DNA of 63,502 bases, the filler included, from Neoconidiobolus thromboides FSU 785 (lineage: Eukaryota > Fungi > Entomophthoromycota), in assembly GCA_025603075.1 (NCBI GenBank). It is 5 parts of 5 records of this genome, joined end to end, with 100 filler letters (N's around TTAATTAATTAA, not from the genome) between each part and the next. Parts side by side here need not be neighbours in the genome. Positions count along the whole stretch, not along the records: positions 44,721 to 51,897 come from MU626710.1; positions 51,998 to 60,765 come from MU626674.1; positions 60,866 to 63,502 come from MU626842.1; 2 more parts are not named here. One strand, given 5' to 3'. The notes under the pieces are model-generated. The model ran no database searches. It had not been told where the DNA came from and saw only the letters and a list, made by a program, of their open reading frames with translations. This document shows positions 49,758-62,051 of this stretch, piece after piece. Positions within the stretch are counted from its first letter, which is position 1, and every line of letters begins with the position of its first letter. The position numbers and the translations under genes were made by a program.

Positions 49758-50779
49758 ATATGTTCTTTTATTAGTTGCTGTTGGTCTTTATTTGTAGCCA
49801 TATTACTGTAAAAATGCTGGAATATTCATCAGCTTTTATAGGGATTAGTAATAGGCGATATATGATAATTATGTGGCACGAGTACAGTTTTTTAACCTTT
49901 TTGCTAGCGAACGTGATGTTGTTTTGTAGTAAATTATATGATAATAATAAGAATTTATAAACCCTTTATAAATACGTTTATTAAAAAGATGTTATATTCT
50001 ATAAATTTACTCAAGTGAAGCAATTTGAAGCTCTAAGGTATTACGATCCTTAAATTTTTTTAGCATTGGGGTTGTCTGAGTTAGTTTTATTATTTTATCC
50101 AATTTTTGAAAAATTTTGTATTTAAAACTTCGCTTAAAATTCTATAAAACAAATTTTTTTATTAAAACAAAAGTACTCAGACATGGTTCTAAATCATTCT
50201 ATTATAGTTTATACTGTAAGTTAGTTGAATTTCTACCAGATCTCAAATACATATTCTTACAAAACTTTATTGAGAAACATTTATTATTGACCACTTTATA
50301 ACCAACATTGTGGATTTGTTATCAAATAAATAAACTATTTTGATGTTGTAATTATATTATTAATATATTGCTAAGTTAATAAATAGCTGCATGGGAGGGA
50401 GTGGTTAGCCCTAAAACTATAATTAATCATTTCTATATAGTATAGTACAAATAATAATAGTTTTTACATATTATAACAGTTACTTGTTTTTTGACTATTT
50501 ATTAACTTAGCTATTAATAACTTAAGTAATCCTAACATTTAACAATCTATTTCTATCATTCAACTACTTGTTTGCTTAGCAAATATCAAAAATTTTAAAT
50601 TCTTTGTTATCTTCGTAAGTGTGAAATATCGCTTTGTCAGTCCCATGGTTAATTGTAGCATAACAATCGCCTAAGCTGTTGTGTTCTCGAGTTCAGAGAA
50701 AATCAATCCCACGTTCTTAGTTTGATTTGCTATGAGAATTTCTAGCTCCATCCAAAAGAATATCATCTTCTCATTTTAA

Positions 50780-51897
50780 TATTTATACTTTTCAGAGTAC
50801 AAAAGAGTTTACAGAGTATAGTAGTTCGAGGCTTTTTAACTGAATTATTCCCCGATATCTCGAACATTTAATAAAGCCACCAAGTTTTCTTAATAGTATT
50901 TTACGTAGATTTACATTAGTATTGTCTATTCTATTTGCCTTATATAGCTTGTAACCTATTACGTGCTATTCCTCATAATCCAAGTCTATCTTAGTCACAT
51001 AAACTAAGACCTTTCGACTTATAGTGTAGTCAACCCAGTAATAGCTGTTCTTGACTCCAGACACTGAGTACCAGATTTCACAGTAAGGTAAGCTGGGATT
51101 GATCTTTTAATTTCTCTATTTTCTATAGACTCTATAACTTTAATTGGAACTATATCGCTTTTTTTTATGTATCAGACACTGGATGACAATGTAGTTCATT
51201 GCTATATTTAATAAAATGTAAGTACTTCTTAATACCTTGTATCTCTATTTTTTATTTTTGTTTCTTTCATACTTTTTAAAAATTATATCTGTTTTCCCAT
51301 TATTAATAGTCAAGTTATTAATTTTATTATGTTCGAAGATAAAAGTCTCAAATCTTGAAATTAATTGACTAATATTTCTATTTTAGCTAATGCTTCAAAA
51401 CTACTTTTCCATTTTGAAAGATTTCTAAAATGTCCATCAACTATACTTTTTCCATGATGCTCAGCAAAAAACTTAAGATTAATATTTAAACTACTATTTA
51501 TTTTATGAATTTCAAGTACATAATGTATGAACTCTTGTGATCTAAAATGATTTTCTTTATCTACCCATATATTAATTTTTGTAAATTTTTTAAATAAAAG
51601 CTCTGTAGAGATTAAATCGATTAAACAATCTCCTGCATATGCTGAATCATGATTCAATATTTCAGATAAATAATCAAAGTAAACTTTGTCTATTGTTTTA
51701 TCATCTTTTAAATATAAAACACCAAAACCTAATATTGAAATAGCTTGTTTATTATAATGATCTAGATTTATTGAATCTGGTCTTGTTCCTATTCCCATAT
51801 TCTGTTTAAAATCTAAAATTATTATACAACTTTTATTATCTGATTTTTTAATAGTTTCACTAAATGTGTTTTTTAAGTATCACCATAGAATTTATGT
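50780..51897 (-). mobile_element. Degenerate Sola-like DNA transposase fragment, cut by contig end
   Basis: ORF 51361-51798 has INIWVDKENHFRS and FFAEHHGKSIVDGHF, resembling the Sola SD...HGK..CDG catalytic motifs. A broken reading frame continues toward ~50780 (boundary approximate). Confidence 0.6.
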
Positions 51898-51997
51898 NNN
51901 NNNNNNNNNNNNNNNNNNNNNNNNNNNNNNNNNNNNNNNNNTTAATTAATTAANNNNNNNNNNNNNNNNNNNNNNNNNNNNNNNNNNNNNNNNNNNN
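51898..51997. other. Artificial contig spacer
   Basis: 44 N + TTAATTAATTAA + 44 N. Confidence 0.97.
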
Positions 51998-52494
<497 letters not shown>

Positions 52495-52560
52495 TTATTA
52501 AAAACTTGAAATTTCAAGCACTGAATTTTGAAAAGCGCGTTTCCCGTTTGGAGAAGTTTA

Positions 52561-52744
52561 ATTGGCTCTTGAAATTTTATTGCTTGATGTGAGAGGTTTT
52601 GGCTCTTGGATAAATTTCCTCTTGAAAATTTGATTTATATTTTTGTGAAATCATCATATATTTAGGATTTTATTGGCTATAGGCTTGTCAGTGTTGCTTT
52701 TATACGCCAATTTGAAACGATATTCTTGAAGGTAATTGGCCAAT
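52561..52744 (-). promoter_or_regulatory. CCAAT-box cluster in the histone H3 promoter
   Basis: ATTGG at 52561, 52672 and 52735; CCAAT at 52707 and 52740. Confidence 0.55.
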
Positions 52745-52962
52745 CTAATAGACTTGAAAAATAATGTATAAATGTTTTTATTTAATTGTTTTGTCCATTT
52801 TTTATGAAAGATAAAAGTAAAAACTAGTAAAATTAACAACATACTCTGTATTCTTAAACTTCAACTTATTGTTGTTCAATTAATTTAGTTATGATGGCCT
52901 CAAGTCCAATAATTAATTATATTTTTATTACTTTAGAATTCGTTCTGACAACGTGAAAAGAA

Positions 52963-53700
52963 TTAAATGGCTACCGGGCCACTATAAGGGGGGAATTGCT
53001 TTTTCTCCCTTTTATAAACAATTAAATGATATATACCAAATATCAGAGTAATTGAAATTTGAATGATACTAGTTGAAATATAAATAGTATAATAGTAATT
53101 TATAAGACCATCAACATCTAATAGAATAACAGTAGCGCCAATGAATATAAGCCTATAACCATTAGCAAATAAGAAGCCACCAGTGACTGAAGGTGCAATT
53201 ATTTCAAAAATACGCTTAAAAAAAAAAGATAAAATACCACTAATAAAAGATAGCGATACTGTTATTGTGATAAATGCAACTGTATTCCCGGTTAGATTTC
53301 CAATCGCTATTCCTAGCATCATACCGCAACTAAGTCCCATTAAAATCATACCTAATTTATTAAAATAAATAGCTAAACTACCACTTATTATACTTATACC
53401 AAGACTACAACTAAATAAAATTAAAATGCTTTTAAGTAAATAGTCAGACAGCTCTTCATTCCTGATGTTGTTTAAAATCAATGAGGTAGCTCTGGTATTT
53501 AAGATAACCAGTCCTATTGCTAAGGAAGTCAAGAAAATTAAGATGAAGCCAGAAAAAAAATATAAACTTTTAATAACTTTATAGTTTAATAATAAAAATA
53601 TTAAGCCTATTATAACGATAATTATACCAATGCTAATTATTATACCATTATAAACGTCATTTAATTGCGATACTACATCCTCTACTAATTTTTTATCCAT
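52963..53700 (-). CDS. Multi-pass membrane protein, DUF4203/TMEM198-like (245 aa)
   Basis: 6-7 TM helices with family-like patterns (GLIFLLLNYKVIKSLYFFSGF, LGMILMGLSCGMMLG, IIAPSVTGGFLFANG). Confidence 0.6.
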   Translation of the reverse strand: MDKKLVEDVVSQLNDVYNGIIISIGIIIVIIGLIFLLLNYKVIKSLYFFSGFILIFLTSLAIGLVILNTRATSLILNNIRNEELSDYLLKSILILFSCSLGISIISGSLAIYFNKLGMILMGLSCGMMLGIAIGNLTGNTVAFITITVSLSFISGILSFFFKRIFEIIAPSVTGGFLFANGYRLIFIGATVILLDVDGLINYYYTIYISTSIIQISITLIFGIYHLIVYKREKKQFPPYSGPVAI

Positions 53701-54674
53701 TCTAAATATTTTGTTATAATATTACATTACGAAAAGTTTTATTTATATATCATTTTAATTCTCTTAAGAATATTATATTTCTTTATATCAGACAAATGCT
53801 TCGATTCTTTCCAAACTTCAATAGCGTTGGACAAACATGACTATTGCTTTAATCTAGTATTATGTTAAAAATAGACTGAATTTCACCGCAACTACATTAA
53901 ACCTTGGCTTTAAACAAATTTTTTTGATTTTAATATTCTTGTTTATTTCCTAGATCTAAATTTGGTAACTGCTAAAATTTAGTTTAATTTTTTTTGTTCA
54001 CTAATTTTATGACTAGTAAACATGTTTCTACATTTTATATATCCTAGGAAGCTTCAAGAGATATTCGCTACCATTACTTAAAGGCTTATACAATATTAGA
54101 AATAAAACTTCATAGAATATATACATATATATAATTTAACATTATTAACATTTATTCATCAAACTTTGAAATTATTATATCATTAACAGCAAAGCATCTT
54201 GATCCAGAGTTTAAAAACATCGATTATTGGTGCTATTAAAAATTACTATTGGTATATATCATTTGAATATAGCTAAATACATTGAAATATTAAACATATC
54301 AAATAAAGATCCAGTCCTATGGCATCAAAGTATAATTACTCCCATAATACGAGCATGTTCAGACCTAACATCTAATTTAAATGACATTTGATTGTAATAG
54401 TAAAAAATCACCATTCACATATATAAATAAACTAAAAAGTTTAAAGCCCTTATTATACATAAATATGTATTTTTAACTTAACTTACATTTAGAGATTTTT
54501 TTTAAAGTTGATAGTCTTGGAGCTAAAATTACAAATAAAAAACTTGACAATTCTTTCATGTTTATTATAAATGACCATTATTTTTTAAACTGATTTCATG
54601 TCGAACTATATTGATATAACCGAACTCAAAATAATATTATAATAATTGAAATCAACAAAGTTTTATTTACATAG

Positions 54675-55286
54675 CTAATTAACGTAAGACATAATCTTAT
54701 TAACAAATCTTTTAAATTTAGGTTGATTTCTGATACCAAGGGAAGGATCGATAGTAATTTCAGGAGTACTTTCGCCAGAATCCCTCATTTTATTTGCTGG
54801 TACTTTTCCTGATTGATCAATCTTTGGGAATAATTGTTTAGCAAACTCTACCATACCTGGGTTATTATCTACGTAATTATGAACGAATCTAAGAGATAAA
54901 GCTTCCTCTTTTTGAGCCTTTGATTCTCTTTTTTGATCAACAACTTCTTTCTTTTCAATATTAAGTTCCCTTTTTGTGTTAATGATGTCTTTCTTTGATT
55001 TGTCAATATCAGGAAATAGTTGTTTAGCAAAGTTAATCGTGCTTGGATTATTTTTGACATAGTTACGTACAAATTTAAGTGACAATGCTTCCTCTTTTTC
55101 TTCTGCTTTAACTTCTTTAGGCTCTTCGATCCTTTTTTCATCCTTTGTGACAATCCTTTTACTGGTTTCCAAACTAGGTGCTTGTGTTTTCTTTTGGAAG
55201 ACATGGCGCAATTCTCTACGTATATCGAAGCTGGATACTAACGCAATACATGCTATCAGTAATACACAATAACTAAATACTCTCAT
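54675..55286 (-). CDS. Secreted protein with two ~33-aa repeats and multiple dibasic (KR/RR/KK) sites
   Basis: Signal peptide MRVFSYCVLLIACIALVSS; repeats EEALSLKFVRNYVKNNPSTINFAKQLFPDIDKS and EEALSLRFVHNYVDNNPGMVEFAKQLFPKIDQS. Confidence 0.8.
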   Translation of the reverse strand: MRVFSYCVLLIACIALVSSFDIRRELRHVFQKKTQAPSLETSKRIVTKDEKRIEEPKEVKAEEKEEALSLKFVRNYVKNNPSTINFAKQLFPDIDKSKKDIINTKRELNIEKKEVVDQKRESKAQKEEALSLRFVHNYVDNNPGMVEFAKQLFPKIDQSGKVPANKMRDSGESTPEITIDPSLGIRNQPKFKRFVNKIMSYVN

Positions 55287-56449
55287 GTTGCTTGTTTATA
55301 TGCTAATAAGATTAAAAGTTTAATAGATTCAAGTTTTTTAAAGTCAAACTGTTTATTAAGGGTTATTTCTTTTTTATAAACTTTAATTACGGAGTAATTG
55401 AAGGATCTTTATTTTTCTCCGTTTGAAGTTTTTCCTTTTTATTGGCCATTTTAGAAATTATCTTTTTACTTTGTTCAGTTTATAGATGCATTAAAGGAAC
55501 ATTATCTGAACTCATAAGGTTATAATCATAAATCAATACATCTGATATGTTGAAGCTATAAGGAAATTTATATCAGTTTACTTTTCAAGTTCATAACGCA
55601 CATTGCTTTAAATTTTATTTTAATTACTTATAAATTATACTATTATTGATGAATAAATTTTTTAGGCTTAGATTGGTCTGTGGGAAATGTTTAAAGTTTT
55701 GAAATAACCAATTAATCCCCAATGATTTATTTGTATAAAAAAATCAAAGTTTACAATAAAGGAGCATATAAGATAAACGGGTATCAATGTAAGAGATTAA
55801 AAGGTTTTCAAAGCGATACAATGACAAGAGCCTTATCTTATTGTGCTTTTATAAATATCTTAATGGCAGAAGAGTAGTAATAGTTGATTTATTAATACTA
55901 AATGGATATATAATAATGATAAATAAACCATAAATTAAAAAATAATAACCAAATTTATATGCAAAATAAAAATAAAAACGATATAATCCTAAGGGCGGTA
56001 TAACACATACAGATCCTTTACAGTATTTTTTGATCAGCTAAATAGTCATTATCACATGGCATTATCTAGGGAATTAATTAAATATATATTTTTGCTTTAT
56101 CTCATATCATATTTTACAAACACTACATATACTTTCATTGTTGCTATTAAAATTATAAAATTTGTTAAGTGTATCGTGTTTTTTATTATCCCAATCTTCG
56201 AAATTTATTTATTGTCTCTTATTTATGAGGATATGAAGTTTTATCTAACTTAAACAGTCCCCTCAAATTTACCAGATTTTTATATTTTAAAGTATTAAAA
56301 AAAGGAGTAAAGGTTTTTATTAAATGCCCTTTATCCTCTTATCACCTGGTATCCCCTTGAACTGATATATAGCAACTTTTAGTTCATTTATCTTTAGTTT
56401 ATTTTTAGTATCTTAAAGGATTTGGACTACCGAGTAGTTTATCGTTGGA

Positions 56450-57760
56450 GGTAAATAAAAGTATAAAAAACTCAATAATAAGTGAAATGAGAGATAAAGG
56501 AATAGCAGAAGCAAGCTAAGGAAAAGCTGGAAAATTGATCAAGTCAACTTCACCTACTTTAGACCTAGGTAAATTTAATTTGCTAAAGTCAAAATCCACT
56601 TCATACAACGCAACTTAAGAGTGAAAAAGAGTGAGTATAATATAATTGCCAGAAATTTGGTCATTTGAGGATAATTTGATATAAAAGGAGTGGATCGCTC
56701 ATAAGCCTGTAACAATCATAAATGCTTGGAGCAGAGAGAGAAAATAAGAGAAAGAAAAAAGTAACTGAGGATAGCCAGACTCCGAAGATATAAAGGAATA
56801 ATGAGGGCAGTTAAGGCAAAGTGCGGCTTTGTTCGAAAATATCTGGATCAAATTGCAAAATACAAACCTGTGGTCAGCCTTTGACTCTATTACGTTACAC
56901 AAAAGGCATTCATTTCTGAAGTCTGGAACAGAATGGGCCAGATCCGCTTTAGTTTCAAAAGTACCCGAGCTAAATATTCATACAAAAGAGATCAATCTAG
57001 GGTTAAGAAATTTAGTGACTGAGAGGGCATGGGGATTAAAGTCAGTGAGGTTTTTAGGCAATAGGAAGTAAAATCAATATGATTTATTTGACACTTGAGG
57101 CAATTCATCAACGATTTTTTTAAACCAGTACACTGAGAAAGATCCTTTGATGAGTGGACGTCAGCATTTTACCAGATTATTGAAGAAAGGAACCAAATTG
57201 GTCTTTCTAAAGACAAGGCTCTCTTTGGCAAGAAATCCTTTGATTGTTAAAGGGTCATGAATGTGGCTAGATATTAGTTTCTTAATTGGAACCCATATAT
57301 TAAATTGTTTAAATAGCCTAATGAATGGTTTAGAAGAGAAATGAGGCTAACAAATACTGGATCCAAAGAGCTCATATCTGATTGTCCTTTAGTGGTAAAT
57401 AAGTTACCTAACTTTATATCTGACAAACCAGTGGTGTTCCACATGAAAGAGTTGAGAGCTTTTTTAATTTGTTTGAGAAAATAAGTGGAAACAAAGCTCA
57501 AATGTAAAGGGAACCAAAGTACTGAAAGGGTAGCAGTATTTACTAATAGTTTTAACTTTAATAAAAACATTATTAATTTTATAGTTGGCTGGCCTAGATT
57601 CCACTTTAGAGACCTCAGTTTGTGGTACTGATGCAAAAGTTATACCTTTGGACGAAATCAATATACCCAGATGCTGGATAGTGGCACCAAGACGGGAAAG
57701 TCTTTAATTGCTTTCTATTCTAATTAATATAATGCTTTTGCTTTAAAATTTTGGTTACGA
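56450..57760 (-). mobile_element. Degenerate non-LTR retrotransposon (L1/Tx1-like ORF2, post-RT region)
   Basis: HLGILISSKG (YLG motif), LVNTATLSVLWF, FLKQIKKALNSFMWN, LFTTKGQSDMSSLDP (the K..GGLG region). GC-richer than the flanks, with many stops. Boundaries approximate. Confidence 0.7.
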
Positions 57761-58002
57761 GTAGTAATTAAAGCTCTAGATCCCATAAACCAATTATTTC
57801 TCTTCTTTACCTATCCTTACTTGAACACTTACCCAACTTTCCTTTACCTTTTCTTTGGTATTTTCTTTTACTAAGACATTTGAGAATCTGAATCGTATAT
57901 GATTTTGAAAATATCCTAATATTTTTGTACTAAAGTATTTGGCTCTAAGTACTAAGGAACTCTATTTTTTAAATAAAATTATGTATGCAATTAATTCAAT
58001 AT

Positions 58003-58098
58003 GGTGATTTATTTTATTGCTTAAGGATTCTACCAACAATCTTTACACTCAAATAGTGCTTAAAAATGGAAAAGTAACAAAGCCAAAAAGACATCCCC
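58003..58098 (-). mobile_element. MITE copy 10
   Basis: ATAT|GGTGATTTATTTT...AAAAGACATCCCC|ATAT. Confidence 0.85.
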
Positions 58099-58247
58099 AT
58101 ATGGTGATTGGATTTTAAACTTAATCTAGTATTGTAATAAAAAAACCATAAATATACCAATAATTATAAACTACTAGGTAGATAATTTATTGAAGCACAG
58201 GTTAGCACTATAACTTTTTAGTAGCTCTTTTAGTCTAAATAACATAT

Positions 58248-58344
58248 GGGGATGTGTTTTTTTATTTAAGAATTTTACTACAATCTTTCCACTCAAATAG
58301 CGCTTAAAAAATGGAAAAATAATGAAACTAAAAAAAACAGCCCC
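58248..58344 (-). mobile_element. MITE copy 11
   Basis: ATAT|GGGGATGTGTTTT...AAAACAGCCCC|ATAT. Confidence 0.9.
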
Positions 58345-58479
58345 ATATGGTGATATTTTTTAATAGTTGTAATAAAGTATAAAGAGTAATAAAATTTAAC
58401 TTTAACAATAAATAAAAACAAATAAAATAAAGATATAAATCAATCTAAAATGAACCTCCCAACAATCAATAAAATCAAT

Positions 58480-59135
58480 AATGGACTCACTATATACATA
58501 TTCGATATATAAAATGATATCAGAGCTTATCTTGCATGATAATTAGAAGTTATACTCAAAAACATACCTGCAATTTGATTCGTTCATTTCATCTCTAGTT
58601 CCTGGCTTTCCTATTATTTTATATCCTTGGTATCGTTGTTAAATTTTATGCAGACTATAACCTATTTTTTATTTATGACTGAAGGATTAATTTATCTGGT
58701 TTTATTATTGCTTTATTTTTCACTTTCTTCCCATAATATAGCCAAAAATTAGGAAATATATTGATAGTTTCGCTTTATAGCTATTTAGTATGGGCTATGT
58801 TAGCTGTTTTTGTTAATAACCAAGCGATCGACTTGATAATGACTATGATTTTAAGTACTATAGCTGAAATATTGATTATTCGTTATGGAGAAAAGAATTA
58901 ATTATTGGATATGTTTAGATTAAACATCATTTATTTATAAATAGTATTCAATGTATTGTTATTAGTTCAATTGGCTTGGCTGGAAATTTTGATGCTTTAA
59001 GGAAGGCTTTTCTACCAATTTGTATAGTTATAATTCTTTTGAAGATTAGGATATTTGCTTTCTTTGTATATAGAGAAGAAAGGTTACGTGAGAAAGAAGA
59101 GGAAAGTACTAATTTGAAGCATTACCTGGATTAAA
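58480..59135 (+). pseudogene. Possible decayed membrane-protein gene (DUF4203-like paralog)
   Basis: A hydrophobic frame with scattered stops (GINLSGFIIALFFTFFP*YSQKLGNILIVSLYSYLVWAMLAVF) is loosely similar to 52963-53700. Confidence 0.3.
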
Positions 59136-60662
59136 ATTTTCTTTATGATCTTTTGTAAATACCACGTTTAGAGTTTTACTCGTAAAAAATTACAAAACTT
59201 GTATTTATTTATCTTTTATTTTATATTATGTAATGTATCTGTAAAGTAGCTTTTCCAAAATATACGCTACTTGTTTTTTCCATTTATTATATTATTTATT
59301 AACAACATACAGACATTAATATAAGTCACAGTGCATATATTAATTGTTAACTATTTTTTAAGATTTTATTAGATTAACCAATAGCTTTCAGTACTATTTA
59401 TGATTAGGTTACCCTTACTTTATTAATCTCCATATGGCTTTTATTGTAAATTAAGCTATTTTATTATTATTGTTATTTTACTCTTCTCCAACTAAACATA
59501 TTAAGATGGTTCTATTCATTTTAACATTCCAATCTTGTTTTTTGTTTTTTTCATACATAACAGTAATCAATCTAATTCTATTTAGATATTATTTTAGGCT
59601 AAAGAGGACAAATAGCTATTCTTAGTACTCACTAAATCCTTAATATAAGAAAAGATATAGGTAACACCTTACGTTTAATGTATATTTCACTATACAGCTC
59701 ACAGTATGGGTAAAACTAATTATATACTCATTACTCTTTTGAATTTTTTACCTTGTGATTCATTAAAGTATGGACATAAAAATAATAATAAGCATTTACT
59801 TTATTTTATTTGGTATTTTATTTTTATGACTTTGTATAAAAAATTACTAAACACCTGTACTCAATTATCTTGTACTTAAATATTAAATGAAAACTAATAA
59901 TCTATTAATACTACAAAGCTCTATATTAGCTAACCTATTCACTCCTAAATTAAAAAAAGGAGTACCAAAAAGCTTAAGGGAGAAAAAAAGTCAAAAGTAT
60001 AAATATAATCAAAATTCAGCTATTTGATTCACTTTTAGAAGAAATATTAAATTGATGACAAAGCAATTTCAAAGTATTCTAATGGTGCGTTTAAACAAGC
60101 AGAACCTATAGATGAAGCAGAGTTATCAAACCATGTCAAAGATACTTAAGAAACAGTTGAAGTAAAAAAGTTTCAAGTTAAGAATATAAATTAGCTGTTA
60201 TAAGATATATAGTAAATTATTAAAAAGCTATTTATATAGTAAAGTATTAACTTTTAAGTTATAAAACAACCATCAAAATAATCATCACATACAATGAAAT
60301 TACGATATACCCAGTTAATTGAAGCTGCCCCAACAAACTTTAAGAAATTTAATGAAGTTACTTTAGAAGTTACTAGTATAAGAGATTGGGAATCATATAT
60401 AAAATTTAGATACTTAAACTTATTTATTTAGGTTTGTATGTTAATAAGTAACTCATTCAATTAAGCCTTTATAATTGACTTATTTATCTTTATTGCTTTA
60501 TATACTCAAAATAGGTAGAGTTTTGAACATTGAGTTTTTATTCAATTATTGTTTAAAGTAAGGCTGTGTGTGTTACTATAAAAGTAGTTTTAAAACATCC
60601 AATCTTAGTAATTTTAGAGTTAAGTAATAAATTATTATATTTTATTAACAAAAGAAACAATT

Positions 60663-60764
60663 GGGGGTGTTTTTTTGCCTTCATCATTTTTTCTATCTTT
60701 TAAGTACCATTCATTTGAGTGAGAAAATTGTTAATAAAATTCTTAAACATAAAAATACATCCCC
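60663..60764 (+). mobile_element. MITE copy 12 at contig end
   Basis: AATT|GGGGGTGTTTTT...AAAAATACATCCCC|A, then the spacer. Confidence 0.87.
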
Positions 60765-60765
60765 A

Positions 60766-60865
60766 NNNNNNNNNNNNNNNNNNNNNNNNNNNNNNNNNNN
60801 NNNNNNNNNTTAATTAATTAANNNNNNNNNNNNNNNNNNNNNNNNNNNNNNNNNNNNNNNNNNNN
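60766..60865. other. Artificial contig spacer
   Basis: 44 N + TTAATTAATTAA + 44 N. Confidence 0.97.
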
Positions 60866-60911
60866 TGTTATTTTAGTATATTTTATAATGTTATTTTAGT
60901 ATATTTTATAA
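60866..60911 (+). repeat. 23-bp tandem repeat (2 copies plus a partial) at contig start
   Basis: TGTTATTTTAGTATATTTTATAA x2. Confidence 0.8.
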
Positions 60912-61078
60912 TATTATTTGTAATTTTAAGTATAAGTTTATTATTAGCTTATACAAATGGTATTATCTAAACGCATATATATATGTGTTATAGATAAAAT
61001 TATATAGTTTGTTAGGGATTAGGATAATATTAAATTAACTGAATATAGTTTTTATTAACATAAAATTAGATAGGATTT

Positions 61079-61176
61079 GGGGATGTTTTTTTAGCTTCAG
61101 CATTTTTTCCATCTTTTAAGTGCTATTTGAGTGGAAAAATTGTTAGTAAAATTCTTAAATCCAAAAATACATCCCC
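61079..61176 (+). mobile_element. MITE copy 13 with non-palindromic ATTT TSD
   Basis: ATTT|GGGGATGTTTTT...AAAAATACATCCCC|ATTT. Confidence 0.92.
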
Positions 61177-62051
61177 ATTTTTTATTAATTTTATAGCCAA
61201 GCTTAATTCTAAATTAATTTGTTTATCAAAACCTGCATAAATAAAATATTATTTGATTATTTTTAAAAAACGTAAAGTAGCACTCTTTTATTCGACTTTA
61301 AAACTTAAAGATATTGGCTATTAAAACAAGACAGAAAGTTAGATTAGTAACTGTATTTCAAAATGAAAAAAGATATTAGTACATTATATTAATTAATAAG
61401 TTAATTACTGTTTTAAATTTTAAGCTGGTTGAAATTGAACAAAAATACTCAAAAAATACATCCTTATATATAGCAATCTATGAGGATAATAGATAAATTA
61501 TAGCATTTTCATATCAGTCCAGGTTATATGATAATTTGATGATAAGTCAAACTAAATAAATTGGTCCTATTGTAACTATTGTGACAAAGATTAGATAAAA
61601 TACAGCGGATCAAAATGAGAATATTGTAGAAGAAAAGAGAAATGAAAACACAACCAGGATTTAAAGATAAAAATTATATTAACTGTAGAGCGCTGTAGCT
61701 TCATATAAACATAAATTAAATTGACAATCATAAAGGTTTTGCATTCTTTTATTACTATCAATATGTTTTTTATTTAACTAATTTCGGCTTTAAAATAAAT
61801 ATAGAATTCCAAACATTCACTTTATTATATTTAAAAGTGTAAAGTATAATTCATAGTATATAAGATGGTATCATTAACGTCAGAAAATATGTTTAATCCT
61901 TTGTTTTAGGAAGAATGCGATATATAAAAAATAACAAAATATTTTATATAATAATTCTATAAAAATATTATTAAATGCAATGTTAATTATAATGTAAATT
62001 TACTTGAGTTCCTTTCCATTTCAAAGTCATAGTCATTGCAACTTTCGTATG

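Noticed and set aside
59900-60400. Protein-like broken frames (SNGAFKQAEPIDEAELSNHVKD; LRYTQLIEAAPTNFKKFNEVTLEV)
   Set aside because: Possibly a pseudogene, but no recognisable family or intact frame.
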